Assembly: GCA_965199715.1 (NCBI GenBank)
Contig: OZ241322.1
Location: 73,226 to 137,225 of the forward strand
DNA: 64,000 bases
Reading direction: 5' to 3'
From: Vicinamibacteria bacterium
GTDB lineage: Bacteria; Acidobacteriota; Vicinamibacteria; Marinacidobacterales; Marinacidobacteraceae
Below are positions 8,971 through 18,074 of this stretch, in pieces. Below the pieces are notes generated by a model. That model made no database searches and was not told the DNA's origin. It saw only the letters and a program-made list of their open reading frames with translations. The translations under genes were made by a program, and so were the position numbers. Position 1 is the first letter of the stretch. The number at the start of each line of letters is the position of its first letter.

Positions 8971-10406
8971 AGCCTCCCGGAAACGATGAGACGATCGGCG
9001 GCGTGAACCTGGCACTCGTGAGTCACTCCACTCGGCGCCGCGTCCCGGCGGCGCTTCTCGCCGCGGTCTTCGTCCTCGGCGCGCTTCCGGCGGACGCGGA
9101 CGCGCCGTCCCGGCGCACCGTCTGGCGCGACATGACGAACAAGGGGAACTCCCTCGTGATCGGGCGGTTCGCGGGCAAGTTCGAGAGTTCCGACTTCCGT
9201 TCCCGGCGCATCGTGATGCGGCACCGGGACACCGGCAAGCGGGAGACGCTCCGGATCGACGACGGTCTCGGCCTGATCGCCGAGATCGTGAAGCCGGGCG
9301 TGTACGACGTGCTCGCGATCGAGGCGGTGTACCTGCCGCAGATCCGCCCCATGAACCCGCGCCGGATCCGCCCCATCCGCCAGCGGTTCTCGGTCTCGCC
9401 CAGGGAGCACGAGATCAGGGAGGCGCTGATCCTCGTCCCCGCCGACCGCCCGGTCTACATCGGCACGATCCGCGCCGGCGCCGAGCGGCGGGGGATGGTG
9501 TACGAGGGCCAGAAGCTGCGCGTGGTCGATGACTTCGACGTGGCCATGGACCGGCTCGCCACGGTGTATCCGCAGCTCGCGACCAGCCTCGAGCAGGAGG
9601 CGCTGGTTCCGCAGCGGCACTTCATGCTGCGTCCGACCCGCACCGACCCGCCGCTCGAGGCCGTCGTCGGCATGGAGGACCCGGTGACGCAGGCGCGGCG
9701 CTACATCGAGGACGGAAAGTACGAGCAGGCCATCGACTGGCTCTCCACGTTCATGCCGGTCTCCGACAACCAGCGCAGCGAGGTGCGGCTCCTGATCGGC
9801 GAGGCGCATCTGGGATCGCGCGACCTGCCGCTCGCCATCGAGGAGCTCGGCGAAGTGCTCCTGAGCGAGCCCGGCAATGTCCGCGCCTTGCGGCTGCTCG
9901 CCCGCGCCCACTCGCTGAACGGCGATCTGGAGGACACCGAGAACCTCTACCACGCGCTTCTCGAGATGCGGCCCCGCGACGCCGAGGCGCACCTCCAGAT
10001 CGGCTACCTGCAGGCGCTTCGCTCCGAGGAGGAGAGTTCGCTCGCCTCGTTCGAAGTCGCCTTCGAGAGCGAGTTCGACTACCTGATGCACGACCTCGCG
10101 CCGTTCCTGATCGCGGTGCGCGGCACCACCGAGCAGGGCGCGCTCTACGAGCCGGCCACGATGCTCGACACCGACGTCCCGTTCGCGGGCGGCTCCGGCT
10201 CCCGGCGCTCGTCGCGCAACGACGGCATCCTCGTGCTGATCGACCACCGGGGGCGCGTCAAGGCGGCGCACTTCGCGCCGGACAGCTCGAACCGCGCCCA
10301 CCTCACGATGTTGTCTTTGGTGCGCGGGCGCTACCGCCCGGCGCGCCTCAACGGGGTCTCGGTGCCGTCGATCCTCGCGAGCGGCCGCTTCCGCGGCGAG
10401 AACTAG
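8967..10406 (+). CDS. Secreted TPR-repeat protein (hypothetical)
   Basis: Protein-like composition. Signal-peptide-like 'RRRVPAALLAAVFVLGALPADA'. TPR-like segments 'YEQAIDWLS...', 'ALRLLARAHSLNGDLEDTENLYHALLEMRP'. Start is uncertain: TTG 8967 (TTGA overlap with the upstream stop), GTG 9003 or GTG 9018. Confidence 0.55.
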   Translation: MKPPGNDETIGGVNLALVSHSTRRRVPAALLAAVFVLGALPADADAPSRRTVWRDMTNKGNSLVIGRFAGKFESSDFRSRRIVMRHRDTGKRETLRIDDGLGLIAEIVKPGVYDVLAIEAVYLPQIRPMNPRRIRPIRQRFSVSPREHEIREALILVPADRPVYIGTIRAGAERRGMVYEGQKLRVVDDFDVAMDRLATVYPQLATSLEQEALVPQRHFMLRPTRTDPPLEAVVGMEDPVTQARRYIEDGKYEQAIDWLSTFMPVSDNQRSEVRLLIGEAHLGSRDLPLAIEELGEVLLSEPGNVRALRLLARAHSLNGDLEDTENLYHALLEMRPRDAEAHLQIGYLQALRSEEESSLASFEVAFESEFDYLMHDLAPFLIAVRGTTEQGALYEPATMLDTDVPFAGGSGSRRSSRNDGILVLIDHRGRVKAAHFAPDSSNRAHLTMLSLVRGRYRPARLNGVSVPSILASGRFRGEN

Positions 10407-11161
10407 GGCGCTTCCAGCAGCCGCTCCACCTCGGCCTCGAGCGCCGAGAACGGTTGGTCGGTGCTCGGCGCCGGGTGCAGTAGCCCTTGGCGGTCGATGA
10501 GGAAGTTGGCCGGGTAGCGGGCGGTCTCCATGAACACCGGCGGCACGGCGCCGCCCTCGAGCGCGCCGGGCACGAGCAGCGGGTACTCGACCGCCACCGA
10601 CTCGTCCCGGAACGTCCGCTGGATCGCCTCCTCCTCGGTCGAGATCCCGAACACCACGAGGCCCCGGTCCGCCTCCTCGGCGGCGAGCCGGTCCAGCTCG
10701 GGCATCTCGGCGCGACACGGCGGACACCACGTGGCCCAGATGTTGACAAGCACGACGGACCCCCGGTAGCCGGAAAGCCGGTGGACGCCGCCGTCCAGAT
10801 CGCGGGCGAGGAAGTCGGGCGCGGGCACGCCCGAGAGCGCGAGGTTGGCCGCCTGCCGCGCCCGGCGGACGCCGCCCCGGATGGGGACGAAGGCGAGCCC
10901 GAGCGTCAGCGTCGCGACGAGCGCGCCCGCGATCCCCGCGGCGCCGAGCGCGCCGGCGCGCCGCGCCCGGAACGCCGAAACCAGCGCGAGGACCGGCGGC
11001 GCCAGCATCGCGAGGGTGACCGCGGCGAGCCGGAACACCCAGTCGCCGTCGGGGTTCGCGCTCAGGCGCGTGAGCCCGACGTACGCGCCGAGGCCGAGGA
11101 CGGCGGAGAGCAGCGGGGCGGAAAGGCCGGCCCACAAGGGCGAGCGGGGCACAAGGCTCAT
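10403..11161 (-). CDS. Membrane-anchored TlpA/ResA-like thiol:disulfide oxidoreductase (thioredoxin fold, WCPPC)
   Basis: Three or four N-terminal TM helices, then 'VVLVNIWATWCPPCRAEMPELD' as the redoxin active site. ATG 11161 overlaps the upstream stop (ATGA). Confidence 0.8.
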   Translation of the reverse strand: MSLVPRSPLWAGLSAPLLSAVLGLGAYVGLTRLSANPDGDWVFRLAAVTLAMLAPPVLALVSAFRARRAGALGAAGIAGALVATLTLGLAFVPIRGGVRRARQAANLALSGVPAPDFLARDLDGGVHRLSGYRGSVVLVNIWATWCPPCRAEMPELDRLAAEEADRGLVVFGISTEEEAIQRTFRDESVAVEYPLLVPGALEGGAVPPVFMETARYPANFLIDRQGLLHPAPSTDQPFSALEAEVERLLEAP

Positions 11162-12141
11162 GGGACGTCTCCCTCGTAGCGGCGGCGGATGACGGGAATC
11201 AGGTACTCGGCGAACAGCGACTCGGCGTCGGGGTCGGGAACCCAGCGGAAGTCGTCCCGCGCCGCGCGGTCGTCCACCTCGGCCGGCCAGCTCTGGACGA
11301 TCCGGTCGCGTTGCACGTCGGGAGCGTAGGTATGGTCGAGGTCCGGGAAGTCCCGCCGCACGCGGGCGGCGACTTCCTCCGCCGAAAGGCTGGGGCCGCC
11401 GAGGTTGTATGCGGTGCGCGAGAGGCGGGACTTGTCCGCGTCGGCCAGCCGGAGCACGCCCTCGACCGCCGTCGGCATGGCGCAAAACGGAAGTCGCGCC
11501 TCGGGACCGACGAAGCACGCGAACGACTCGCCCCGCGCCGCGGCGTGGATCATCTCGGGCGCCCAGTCGCTCGTCCCTCCCGACGGCAGCGTCTCGGCGG
11601 ACAGGAGCCCGGGGAACCGCACCGCGCGGAAGTCCAGATTCGCGCACTCCCGCTCGAGGACCGTCCCGAGGCGCTCGACGTAGAGCTTTTGCGCTCCGTA
11701 GAGCGTCGCCGGGTTCAGGAACTGGTCCTCGCGCACCGGCCCGGGGTCGCGCCGCAGCGGCACTCCGTACACGGCGATCGAGCTCGGGAAGAGGAACGCC
11801 ACCGGGGTCTCGGCGGCGAGCGCCGCCGCTGCCCCGAGCGCCCGGACCGAACCCTCGACGTTGACCCGGTGCGCGAGTTCGGGGACCGACTCGGCGCGGG
11901 TCGAGAGCAGCGCGGCGAGGTGGAAGATCCGCTGCGGCCGATGTCCGAGGATGCGCTTCCAGACCTCCCGGTCGAGGATGTCGCCCTGGATGTGCCCGAG
12001 GCTTCTCGGGGCCGCTTCGCCGGGGAGCGGGCGGATGTCGGTCGTGAGCACCCGGCAGTCGGAACGCGCCGAAAGCCGGCGCACGAGCGCGGTTCCGATC
12101 TCCCCGGACGCGCCGGTGACCAGCGTGACCGGCGGGCTCAC
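11158..12141 (-). CDS. NAD-dependent epimerase/dehydratase family protein (short-chain dehydrogenase, L-threonine-3-dehydrogenase-like)
   Basis: 'VTLVTGASGEIGTALV' Rossmann motif, '...YGAQK' catalytic YxxxK. GTG at 12141 verified; it overlaps the upstream gene stop (GTGA). The R-rich 5' extension of the track ORF was rejected. Confidence 0.75.
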   Translation of the reverse strand: MSPPVTLVTGASGEIGTALVRRLSARSDCRVLTTDIRPLPGEAAPRSLGHIQGDILDREVWKRILGHRPQRIFHLAALLSTRAESVPELAHRVNVEGSVRALGAAAALAAETPVAFLFPSSIAVYGVPLRRDPGPVREDQFLNPATLYGAQKLYVERLGTVLERECANLDFRAVRFPGLLSAETLPSGGTSDWAPEMIHAAARGESFACFVGPEARLPFCAMPTAVEGVLRLADADKSRLSRTAYNLGGPSLSAEEVAARVRRDFPDLDHTYAPDVQRDRIVQSWPAEVDDRAARDDFRWVPDPDAESLFAEYLIPVIRRRYEGDVP

Positions 12142-12827
12142 GCCGGGCCCCCGAGAACGGCGGCGAGGAACCGCCCCACGTCGCGGCACTCGGGCGCCGA
12201 GACCTCGTGGGCGATCGGGTACGCGCGGAAGACTCCGTCCCACCCGGCGTCGCGAAACGCCCGGAACGCGGCCTCGCCGTAGCGGCACGGAATGAGTTCA
12301 TCCGACAGGCCGTGGCCGGCGAAAAGCCGCGCTCCCGGGAGCTTCGGACCGCGCACCAGCTCGGTGTGGGCGACGTGAGTCGAAAGCGCCAGCACGCCGC
12401 CGACCTCGACGGGATCCCCCGCCACGCCGTCGAGCCCGGCGGCGGCGAGCGCCACCGCGCCGCCCTGCGAGAACCCGGCGAGGACGATCCGGCGCGCCGG
12501 AACGCCCGCCTCGCGCTCCTCCCGGACGAGTTCCCGGATCCAGGTCACCGACTCGGCGAGCTGCTCCTCGTCCACGAGCCGCCCGCGGGCCTCCGGAGAC
12601 TCCGCGATGATCGCGCGCAGATCGAACCACGAGCGCATCGGGAAGCCGCCGTTCAACGTCACCGGGCGGACCGGCGCCTCCGGGAAGCGGAAGCGGACTC
12701 CGAGCGCGGGCGGGAGGCCGAGCATGGGGATCACCGGGACGAAGTCGTCGCCGTCGGCCCCGAGGCCGTGGAGCCAGATCACGGTGGCGCGGTGCTCTCC
12801 AGACGGCGGGAGTTCGACGATGCTCAC
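12138..12827 (-). CDS. Phospholipase/carboxylesterase family alpha/beta hydrolase
   Basis: 'TVIWLHGLGADGDDF', 'MRSWFD', 'GFSQGGAVAL' (nucleophile elbow), matching the Abhydrolase_2 pattern. GTG at 12827 overlaps the upstream stop (GTGA). Only the last 229 aa of the 899-aa track ORF are protein-like. Confidence 0.75.
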   Translation of the reverse strand: MSIVELPPSGEHRATVIWLHGLGADGDDFVPVIPMLGLPPALGVRFRFPEAPVRPVTLNGGFPMRSWFDLRAIIAESPEARGRLVDEEQLAESVTWIRELVREEREAGVPARRIVLAGFSQGGAVALAAAGLDGVAGDPVEVGGVLALSTHVAHTELVRGPKLPGARLFAGHGLSDELIPCRYGEAAFRAFRDAGWDGVFRAYPIAHEVSAPECRDVGRFLAAVLGGPA

Positions 12828-15742
12828 GTGAATTGCTCCCGCAGCGCGAAGTCGAGCGTCTCCAGGTACCGGTCGGCGTCGGCGTTCGAGAAGGTGAGCG
12901 GGGGCTTGAGCTTGATCACGTTGCGGTCGGGGCCGTCGGTGCTGTTGAGGATGCGGCAGTCGTGGAGGCGCCGCACGAGCCGCCCGGCCTCCCGGGTCGC
13001 CGGCGCCGGCGGATCGCCCGGGTGCGCGAGCTCGAAGCCGAGGAAGAGGCCCCGGCCGCGGACGTCGGCAAGGATAGGGCAGGAGCGGCCGATCTCGGCG
13101 ATCCCGGAAAGAAGCCGCGCCCCCACGGCCGCCGCGCGCTCGGCGAGCCCCTCGTCGCGGATGACGTCGAGGACGGCGAGGCCGGCGGCGCACGAGACCG
13201 GATTCCCGCCGAAGGTGTTGAAGTACTCCATCCCGTCCTCGAAGGAACGGGCGACCTCCGGGGTCGTCACGACGGCTCCGAGCGGGTGCCCGTTTCCGGC
13301 CGGCTTGCCCACGGTCACGATGTCGGGAACCGCCGCGTCGTCGCCGGTCCGGTCGGAAAAGGCCCAGAACGCCGGGCCGACGCGCCCGAAGCCGGTCTGC
13401 ACCTCGTCGGCGACGATGACGCCGCCGGCCTCGCGCACCGCCCGGTAGAGCGCGTCCAGATATCCCGGCGGCGGGACGATCTGCCCTCCGCAGCTCAGGA
13501 TGGCCTCGTGAACGAGGGTGGCCGGCCCGGCGGCGGCGACGCGGCGGGCCGCGTCCTCCATGAGCCGCTGCGTCCAGTCGGGCCGATTTCGGCGGAAGCG
13601 CCCGCGGAACCCGTCGGGAGCCGGCAGCCGATGGAGGCGGGGGTGCGGCCGGCCGCCGCCCGGACCGTCCAGCTTGTACGGGCTGATCTGGATGAGCGAG
13701 GTCAGGTTCCCGTGGTAGCCGCCGTCGAAGACGATCGCGTCGTCGCGGCCGAGCCGAGCGCGGGCCAGCCGCAGCGCGAGGTCGTTGGCCTCGCTGCCGG
13801 AGTTCGTGAAGAACACGACCGACAGCGGCTCGGGAAGCGTTTCGGCGAGCGCCTCCGCGTATTCGGTCAACTGCCGGTAGAGATACCGGGTGTTCGTGTT
13901 CAGGAGCCGCGCCTGCCTCGCGATGGCCTCGGCGACTCTCGGATGCGCGTGCCCGACGTGGCAGACGTTGTTCACCATGTCGAGGTAGTCGCGCCCAAGG
14001 TTGTCGTACAGCCGGGTGCGCCGCCCGCGCGCCACCGAGACCGGCGGGTCGCCGCTGAGGCTGAGCGCCGCGCTGATCCGTCGCCTCCGCGCCTTCAGCA
14101 GGTGCTCGGGCTCGGCGAGGGCCTCGTGCGAGACCGCGACCCGGTCCGGGTCGAGGCCGAGGAACGCCGCCGGGTTCGGGCTCATCGCCTCGAGGACCGG
14201 AAGGTCGCGGGGCGCGGCCACGCCCGGCGGGTCGTCGCCGAAGCCGAGATCGGCGGTCAGCAACTGGAAATGGAGGTGCGGCGGCCAGCCGCCGTTCTCG
14301 TCTTCGGTCCCGAGCCTCGCGATTCGATCGCCGCGCCGGACCGGGTCGCCGGGCTTCCAGCGGGCGAGGCATTCGCGGGCGAGATGGCCGTACAGCGCGC
14401 CGAAGCCGCCCGGATGCCGGATCGCGAGGCAGGGACCGAACCCGAGCGGGACGGCGTCCTCGCGAATCCAGTCGATCGCGCCGTCCAGCGGGGCGCGGAC
14501 CTCGGTTCCGGCCGGCGCGAAGACGTCGATCCCGAGGTGAATCGTGCGCGGCTCGGCGACCGGCGATCCGCCCCGGAAGCCGGGCGCGGCGTAGAGCAGG
14601 CGCGGCTCGCGATAGCGGCCGATGGAGACTCCGGGCGGGATGGCGTCGGCGAGCTCCTCGGGGCCGGCCAAGGCTTCGGGGCCGAGATCCAGCGCCGGCG
14701 CGTCGTCCGGAATCTCGATCGGCCGAACGGCCGCCCCTCCGGGATCCGCCGATCGAACCCGGAACCCGGCCGCGACCCGCGCCCGAGCCGCGAGCAGCGC
14801 GCCCGGAGTGCGGTCCAGTTCCGACAGGAACCGCCACATCCCGTCCTCGCTGGTCACGAGATACGCCTCGCCGGCGTTGGCTCGCCCGGCGCTGACCGCG
14901 GCGCTCACGAGCGCCCGCGCCGCGAGCGCGGTCGGGAAGAGTTCGGCTTCGGCCGCGAGCGCAGGGGCGAACGCCCGGAGGACGGCGAGCGCCGCCTCGA
15001 GCGGCTCGGCGGCGGTGAGCGAGAGATAGAGCGCGGCGTTCGCGGCCTCAAGCAGCGGCGGACCCCGCGACGCGTCCCCGAAGTCCAGCACGGCGAGCGC
15101 GCCCGGGTTCTCGGGTTCGCCCTCGAGCAGCAGGTTGTCGTCGTTCAGATCGTTGTGGAGCCAGTTCTCCGGAAGGCCGAGGAGTTCCGTCAGTCTCGGC
15201 AGCGTCCGCTCCCGGATCCGGTCGTAGAGCTCCGGATCGCGCAGTCCGCGTCCGGCCGCCCGGATGACGCCCTCGTACCGATCCGGCCGCCAGGGAATGT
15301 CCGCCGGCGGGAGCTCGTCGCCCGCGACCGAGGCCAGCGCCGACTGGAGCCGGGCCGCGGTTTCGCCGGCCCGGGCGAGGAGCGCCGGCGGGCGGCGCCG
15401 GAACGACGAGAGCGCCCGGCCGGGGAGGCGCGGGAAAAGCCGCAGCCAGTGGCGCCGTCCGTCGAAGACGCGCGACGCCCGTGCGCGCCCGTCGGGAAGC
15501 GGGATCGGAACCGCGACCCGGACCTGCGCCGCCGCCGCCCGGATCAGGCGCTCCTCGAGGTCGAGCTGCGCGGCGGAAGCGCCGCTCTCGCTGATCTTGA
15601 GGACGCGGGCGCCCACCGCGAAGTTGAGATCGCGCTCGCCGGGCAGGGGAAGCGCCTGCGCGGAGACGCCCCACAGCGCGGCGGCGAGCTCTTCGGCCTC
15701 CGCCGGGGTGACGCGGGGCCGGCGCGGCAGCGGATCGTTCAC
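12824..15742 (-). CDS. Three-domain fusion protein: APH/hydroxylysine-kinase-like phosphotransferase + M23 metallopeptidase domain + class-III (AGXT2L-like) PLP-dependent aminotransferase/phospho-lyase
   Basis: N-terminal 'ERDLNFAVGARVLKIS...LHNDLNDDNLLL...VLDFGDA' (kinase HxDxxxxN and DFG motifs). Middle 'HLGIDVFAPAGTEV...GGWPPHLHFQL' (M23 HxxxD and HxH zinc motifs). C-terminal 'GGYHGNL...ADEVQTGFGRVG...VTVGKPAGNGHPLGAV' (class-III aminotransferase with PLP lysine). GTG at 15742 overlaps the ALDH stop (GTGA). The first ~400 codons of the 1368-aa track ORF are R/P-rich artefact. Confidence 0.75.
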   Translation of the reverse strand: MNDPLPRRPRVTPAEAEELAAALWGVSAQALPLPGERDLNFAVGARVLKISESGASAAQLDLEERLIRAAAAQVRVAVPIPLPDGRARASRVFDGRRHWLRLFPRLPGRALSSFRRRPPALLARAGETAARLQSALASVAGDELPPADIPWRPDRYEGVIRAAGRGLRDPELYDRIRERTLPRLTELLGLPENWLHNDLNDDNLLLEGEPENPGALAVLDFGDASRGPPLLEAANAALYLSLTAAEPLEAALAVLRAFAPALAAEAELFPTALAARALVSAAVSAGRANAGEAYLVTSEDGMWRFLSELDRTPGALLAARARVAAGFRVRSADPGGAAVRPIEIPDDAPALDLGPEALAGPEELADAIPPGVSIGRYREPRLLYAAPGFRGGSPVAEPRTIHLGIDVFAPAGTEVRAPLDGAIDWIREDAVPLGFGPCLAIRHPGGFGALYGHLARECLARWKPGDPVRRGDRIARLGTEDENGGWPPHLHFQLLTADLGFGDDPPGVAAPRDLPVLEAMSPNPAAFLGLDPDRVAVSHEALAEPEHLLKARRRRISAALSLSGDPPVSVARGRRTRLYDNLGRDYLDMVNNVCHVGHAHPRVAEAIARQARLLNTNTRYLYRQLTEYAEALAETLPEPLSVVFFTNSGSEANDLALRLARARLGRDDAIVFDGGYHGNLTSLIQISPYKLDGPGGGRPHPRLHRLPAPDGFRGRFRRNRPDWTQRLMEDAARRVAAAGPATLVHEAILSCGGQIVPPPGYLDALYRAVREAGGVIVADEVQTGFGRVGPAFWAFSDRTGDDAAVPDIVTVGKPAGNGHPLGAVVTTPEVARSFEDGMEYFNTFGGNPVSCAAGLAVLDVIRDEGLAERAAAVGARLLSGIAEIGRSCPILADVRGRGLFLGFELAHPGDPPAPATREAGRLVRRLHDCRILNSTDGPDRNVIKLKPPLTFSNADADRYLETLDFALREQFT

Positions 15743-17097
15743 CGCAGCAGCATCCGGATCAGCCCCAGCTTGCCGGCGTAGGGCGGATAGCGGATCGGGA
15801 GGTCCAGCCGCGAGCCGGAGAGCACTGCGCGGGGCCGGGACAGGCGGTCGAAGCCGTAGCGGCCGTGGTAGGCGCCGACCCCGCTGCGGCCGGTCCCGCC
15901 GAAGGGCAGCCAGGGGCTCGCGCAGTGGAGCACTGTGTCCTGCGTCACGAGCGCGCCGCCGGGAATCCGCCGCACCGCCACCCCGAGCGAACTCCGCCGC
16001 GACCCGAAGAAGTAGAGCGCGAGCGGCTCCGGATTCGCCGCCACTCGGTCGAGCGCCTCGTCCTCGCTCCTCCACGGGACGAGCGGCAGGATCGGGCCGA
16101 AGATCTCCTCGGTCGCGGCGGCGTGTCCCTCGGGCCACGGCCCGGTGACGGTCGGCGCGAGATAGCGCCGCGCCGGGTCCGCCTCGCCGCCGCGAAGTAC
16201 CGGAAGCCCGTCGAGCAGGCCGAGCAGCCGATCGAGGTGGCTCTCGTTCACGATGCGGGCGTAGTCCGGGCTCTTCGCCGGGTTCTCGCCGTAAAAGCGC
16301 GTCAGCTCGCGGCCCACGAGCGCGGCGAATTCGTCGAGGCGGCGCTCGGGGACGAGCGCGTAGTCGGGCGCCACGCAGGTCTGGCCGGCGTTCAGGAACT
16401 TCCCCCACGCGATCCGGCGGGCGGCGAGCGGCAGATCGGCGGAGTCGTCCACCATCGCCGGGCACTTGCCGCCGAGTTCGAGGGTGACCGGCGCGAGCGT
16501 GTGCGCCGCCGCCTCGGCGACGGCCATTCCGGTGCGCCGGTTTCCGGTGAAGAACACGTGGTCGAACCCGGCCCGCACCAGCGCCGCGCCGGTCTCGGGG
16601 CCGCCCCGCACGACGCTCGCGAGCCCCTCGGGCAGCGCGTCGGGGAGGATGCGGGCGAGGAGGTCGGCGGTCGCCGGCGCGAGTTCCGACGGCTTCAGGA
16701 CGACGGCGTTCCCCGCCGCGATCGCGGCGACGACGGGCGCGAGCGAGAGCTGGACCGGGTAGTTCCACGGCGCGATCACGAGCACCGCCCCGAGCGGGAC
16801 CGGCTCGACCCGGCTGCGCGCCGGAAGCAGCGCGAGCGGCGTGGGCCGGCTCCGCGGACGCATCCACTCTCCGAGATGGCTTCGCGCGTGGCGGATTTCG
16901 GCGCGCACGAGGCCGATCTCGGTGGCCCACGCCTCGAACGGGCCCTTGCCGAGGTCCCTCTCGAGCGCTTTCTCCAGCGCGCCCCGATGCTCCCGCAGCA
17001 TCCGGTCGAGCGAACCGAGCGCGTCCCGCCGGAACCGCCGGGAGAGGGTGGCTCCGCTCCTCGCGAATCGCCTCGCCCGCTCCCGAATCTCGTCCAA
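15739..17097 (-). CDS. Aldehyde dehydrogenase (ALDH3/fatty-aldehyde-dehydrogenase-like)
   Basis: 'VLVIAPWNYPVQL', 'ELGGKCPAMV', 'FLNAGQTCVAPDY', 'EEIFGPILPL'. The N-terminus aligns with ALDH3 proteins from 'MDEIRERARRFARSG', so I chose TTG at 17097, which lies about 10 nt downstream of a TATACT -10 box. The longer track ORF would overlap msrA. Confidence 0.75.
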   Translation of the reverse strand: MDEIRERARRFARSGATLSRRFRRDALGSLDRMLREHRGALEKALERDLGKGPFEAWATEIGLVRAEIRHARSHLGEWMRPRSRPTPLALLPARSRVEPVPLGAVLVIAPWNYPVQLSLAPVVAAIAAGNAVVLKPSELAPATADLLARILPDALPEGLASVVRGGPETGAALVRAGFDHVFFTGNRRTGMAVAEAAAHTLAPVTLELGGKCPAMVDDSADLPLAARRIAWGKFLNAGQTCVAPDYALVPERRLDEFAALVGRELTRFYGENPAKSPDYARIVNESHLDRLLGLLDGLPVLRGGEADPARRYLAPTVTGPWPEGHAAATEEIFGPILPLVPWRSEDEALDRVAANPEPLALYFFGSRRSSLGVAVRRIPGGALVTQDTVLHCASPWLPFGGTGRSGVGAYHGRYGFDRLSRPRAVLSGSRLDLPIRYPPYAGKLGLIRMLLR

Positions 17098-17131
17098 GGG
17101 AGGGCGAGTATAGAGTCTAGAATCGGCGGCG

Positions 17132-17779
17132 ATGGCCGCCCGTTCCCAAGCTCTCCCGTACCCCTCCGCAACGCTGCCGGACCGCCCGGTCGCCATCCCG
17201 CCGCCCGCCGCGCACCGCGTCCTCGGGAATCCGATGGCTCCGCCGTGGCCGGCGGGAATCGATGAGAGCTTCTTCGGCATGGGCTGCTTCTGGGGCGCCG
17301 AGCGGCTGTTCTGGAAGCTCCCGGGCGTCTGGAGCACCGCGGTCGGATACGCCGGCGGAACCACCGCGAACCCGTCGTACGAGGACGTCTGCTCGGGGAG
17401 GACCGGCCACGCCGAGGTGGTGCGGGTCGCGTTCGACCCGGCGCGGATCGACTACGACGGGCTGCTGTGCGCGTTTTGGAACAACCACGACCCCACCCAG
17501 GGAATGCGCCAGGGCGGCGACGTCGGCACGCAGTACCGCTCGGCGCTCTATACGGTGGGCGACCGGCAGCGGGACGCCGCGCTCGCCTCGCGCGACGCCT
17601 TCGAGGCGCGCCTCCGGGACGCCGGGCTCGGCGCGATCACGACCGAGATCCGGCCCTCGCCGGCGTTCCATTTCGCCGAGGAGTACCACCAGCAGTACCT
17701 CGACAAGAACCCGTGGGGGTACTGCGGCCTCGCCGGTACCGGCGTCTCCTGCCCGACGGGCGTCCGCGCCGCGAGCTGA
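17132..17779 (+). CDS. msrA: Peptide-methionine (S)-S-oxide reductase MsrA
   Basis: '[29 protein letters not shown]...GHAEVVRV...[19 protein letters not shown]...EEYHQQYL'. The N-terminus aligns with E. coli MsrA. TAGAAT -10 box 8 nt upstream. Confidence 0.9.
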   Translation: MAARSQALPYPSATLPDRPVAIPPPAAHRVLGNPMAPPWPAGIDESFFGMGCFWGAERLFWKLPGVWSTAVGYAGGTTANPSYEDVCSGRTGHAEVVRVAFDPARIDYDGLLCAFWNNHDPTQGMRQGGDVGTQYRSALYTVGDRQRDAALASRDAFEARLRDAGLGAITTEIRPSPAFHFAEEYHQQYLDKNPWGYCGLAGTGVSCPTGVRAAS

Positions 17780-18074
17780 TGGCGGGGACCGGGCGGCGGA
17801 GCGCGCCGCCGGGCTGCGCCTCGGAGCGATCCGGCGCCGGATCTTCCTCTGCGCGGACGCGACGAAGCCCAGGTGCTGCGCCCCCGAGCGCTCGCTCGAG
17901 TCCTGGGCCTTCCTGAAGCGGCGGCTCGCCGAACTGGGCCTCGCGCGCGGCCCCGAGGGAGGCCCGGTGGCGCGGACGAAGGCGAACTGCCTGCGCGAGT
18001 GCGCCGACGGGCCGGTCAGCCCAGCAGGCGCCGCAGCAGCGTCTCCGCGCGCTCCGCCGGAATCCCCCTCCTGA
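17779..18074 (+). pseudogene. Probable remnant of a thioredoxin-like [2Fe-2S] ferredoxin gene (frameshifted at 5' end, runs into metH 3' end)
   Basis: Frame 0 encodes 'RRRIFLCADATKPRCCAPERSLESWAFLKRRLAELGL...VARTKANCLRECADGPV', matching the small Trx-like ferredoxin family. That frame has no start codon: the ATG at 17779 is in a different frame. The conserved 'VVVYP..WY' continuation is missing. Confidence 0.3.

Noticed and set aside
7633-11135. Minus-strand ORFs 7633..9015 and 8763..11135 (790 aa)
   Set aside because: Arg/Gly/Pro-dominated antisense frames over the HEAT and TPR genes. No domain-like segments.
12138-16930. N-terminal extensions of the 899-aa and 1368-aa minus ORFs
   Set aside because: Extensions are almost pure R/P/G/A. 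Conserved N-termini of the esterase and kinase domains begin at internal GTGs (12827, 15742) that overlap the preceding stops.
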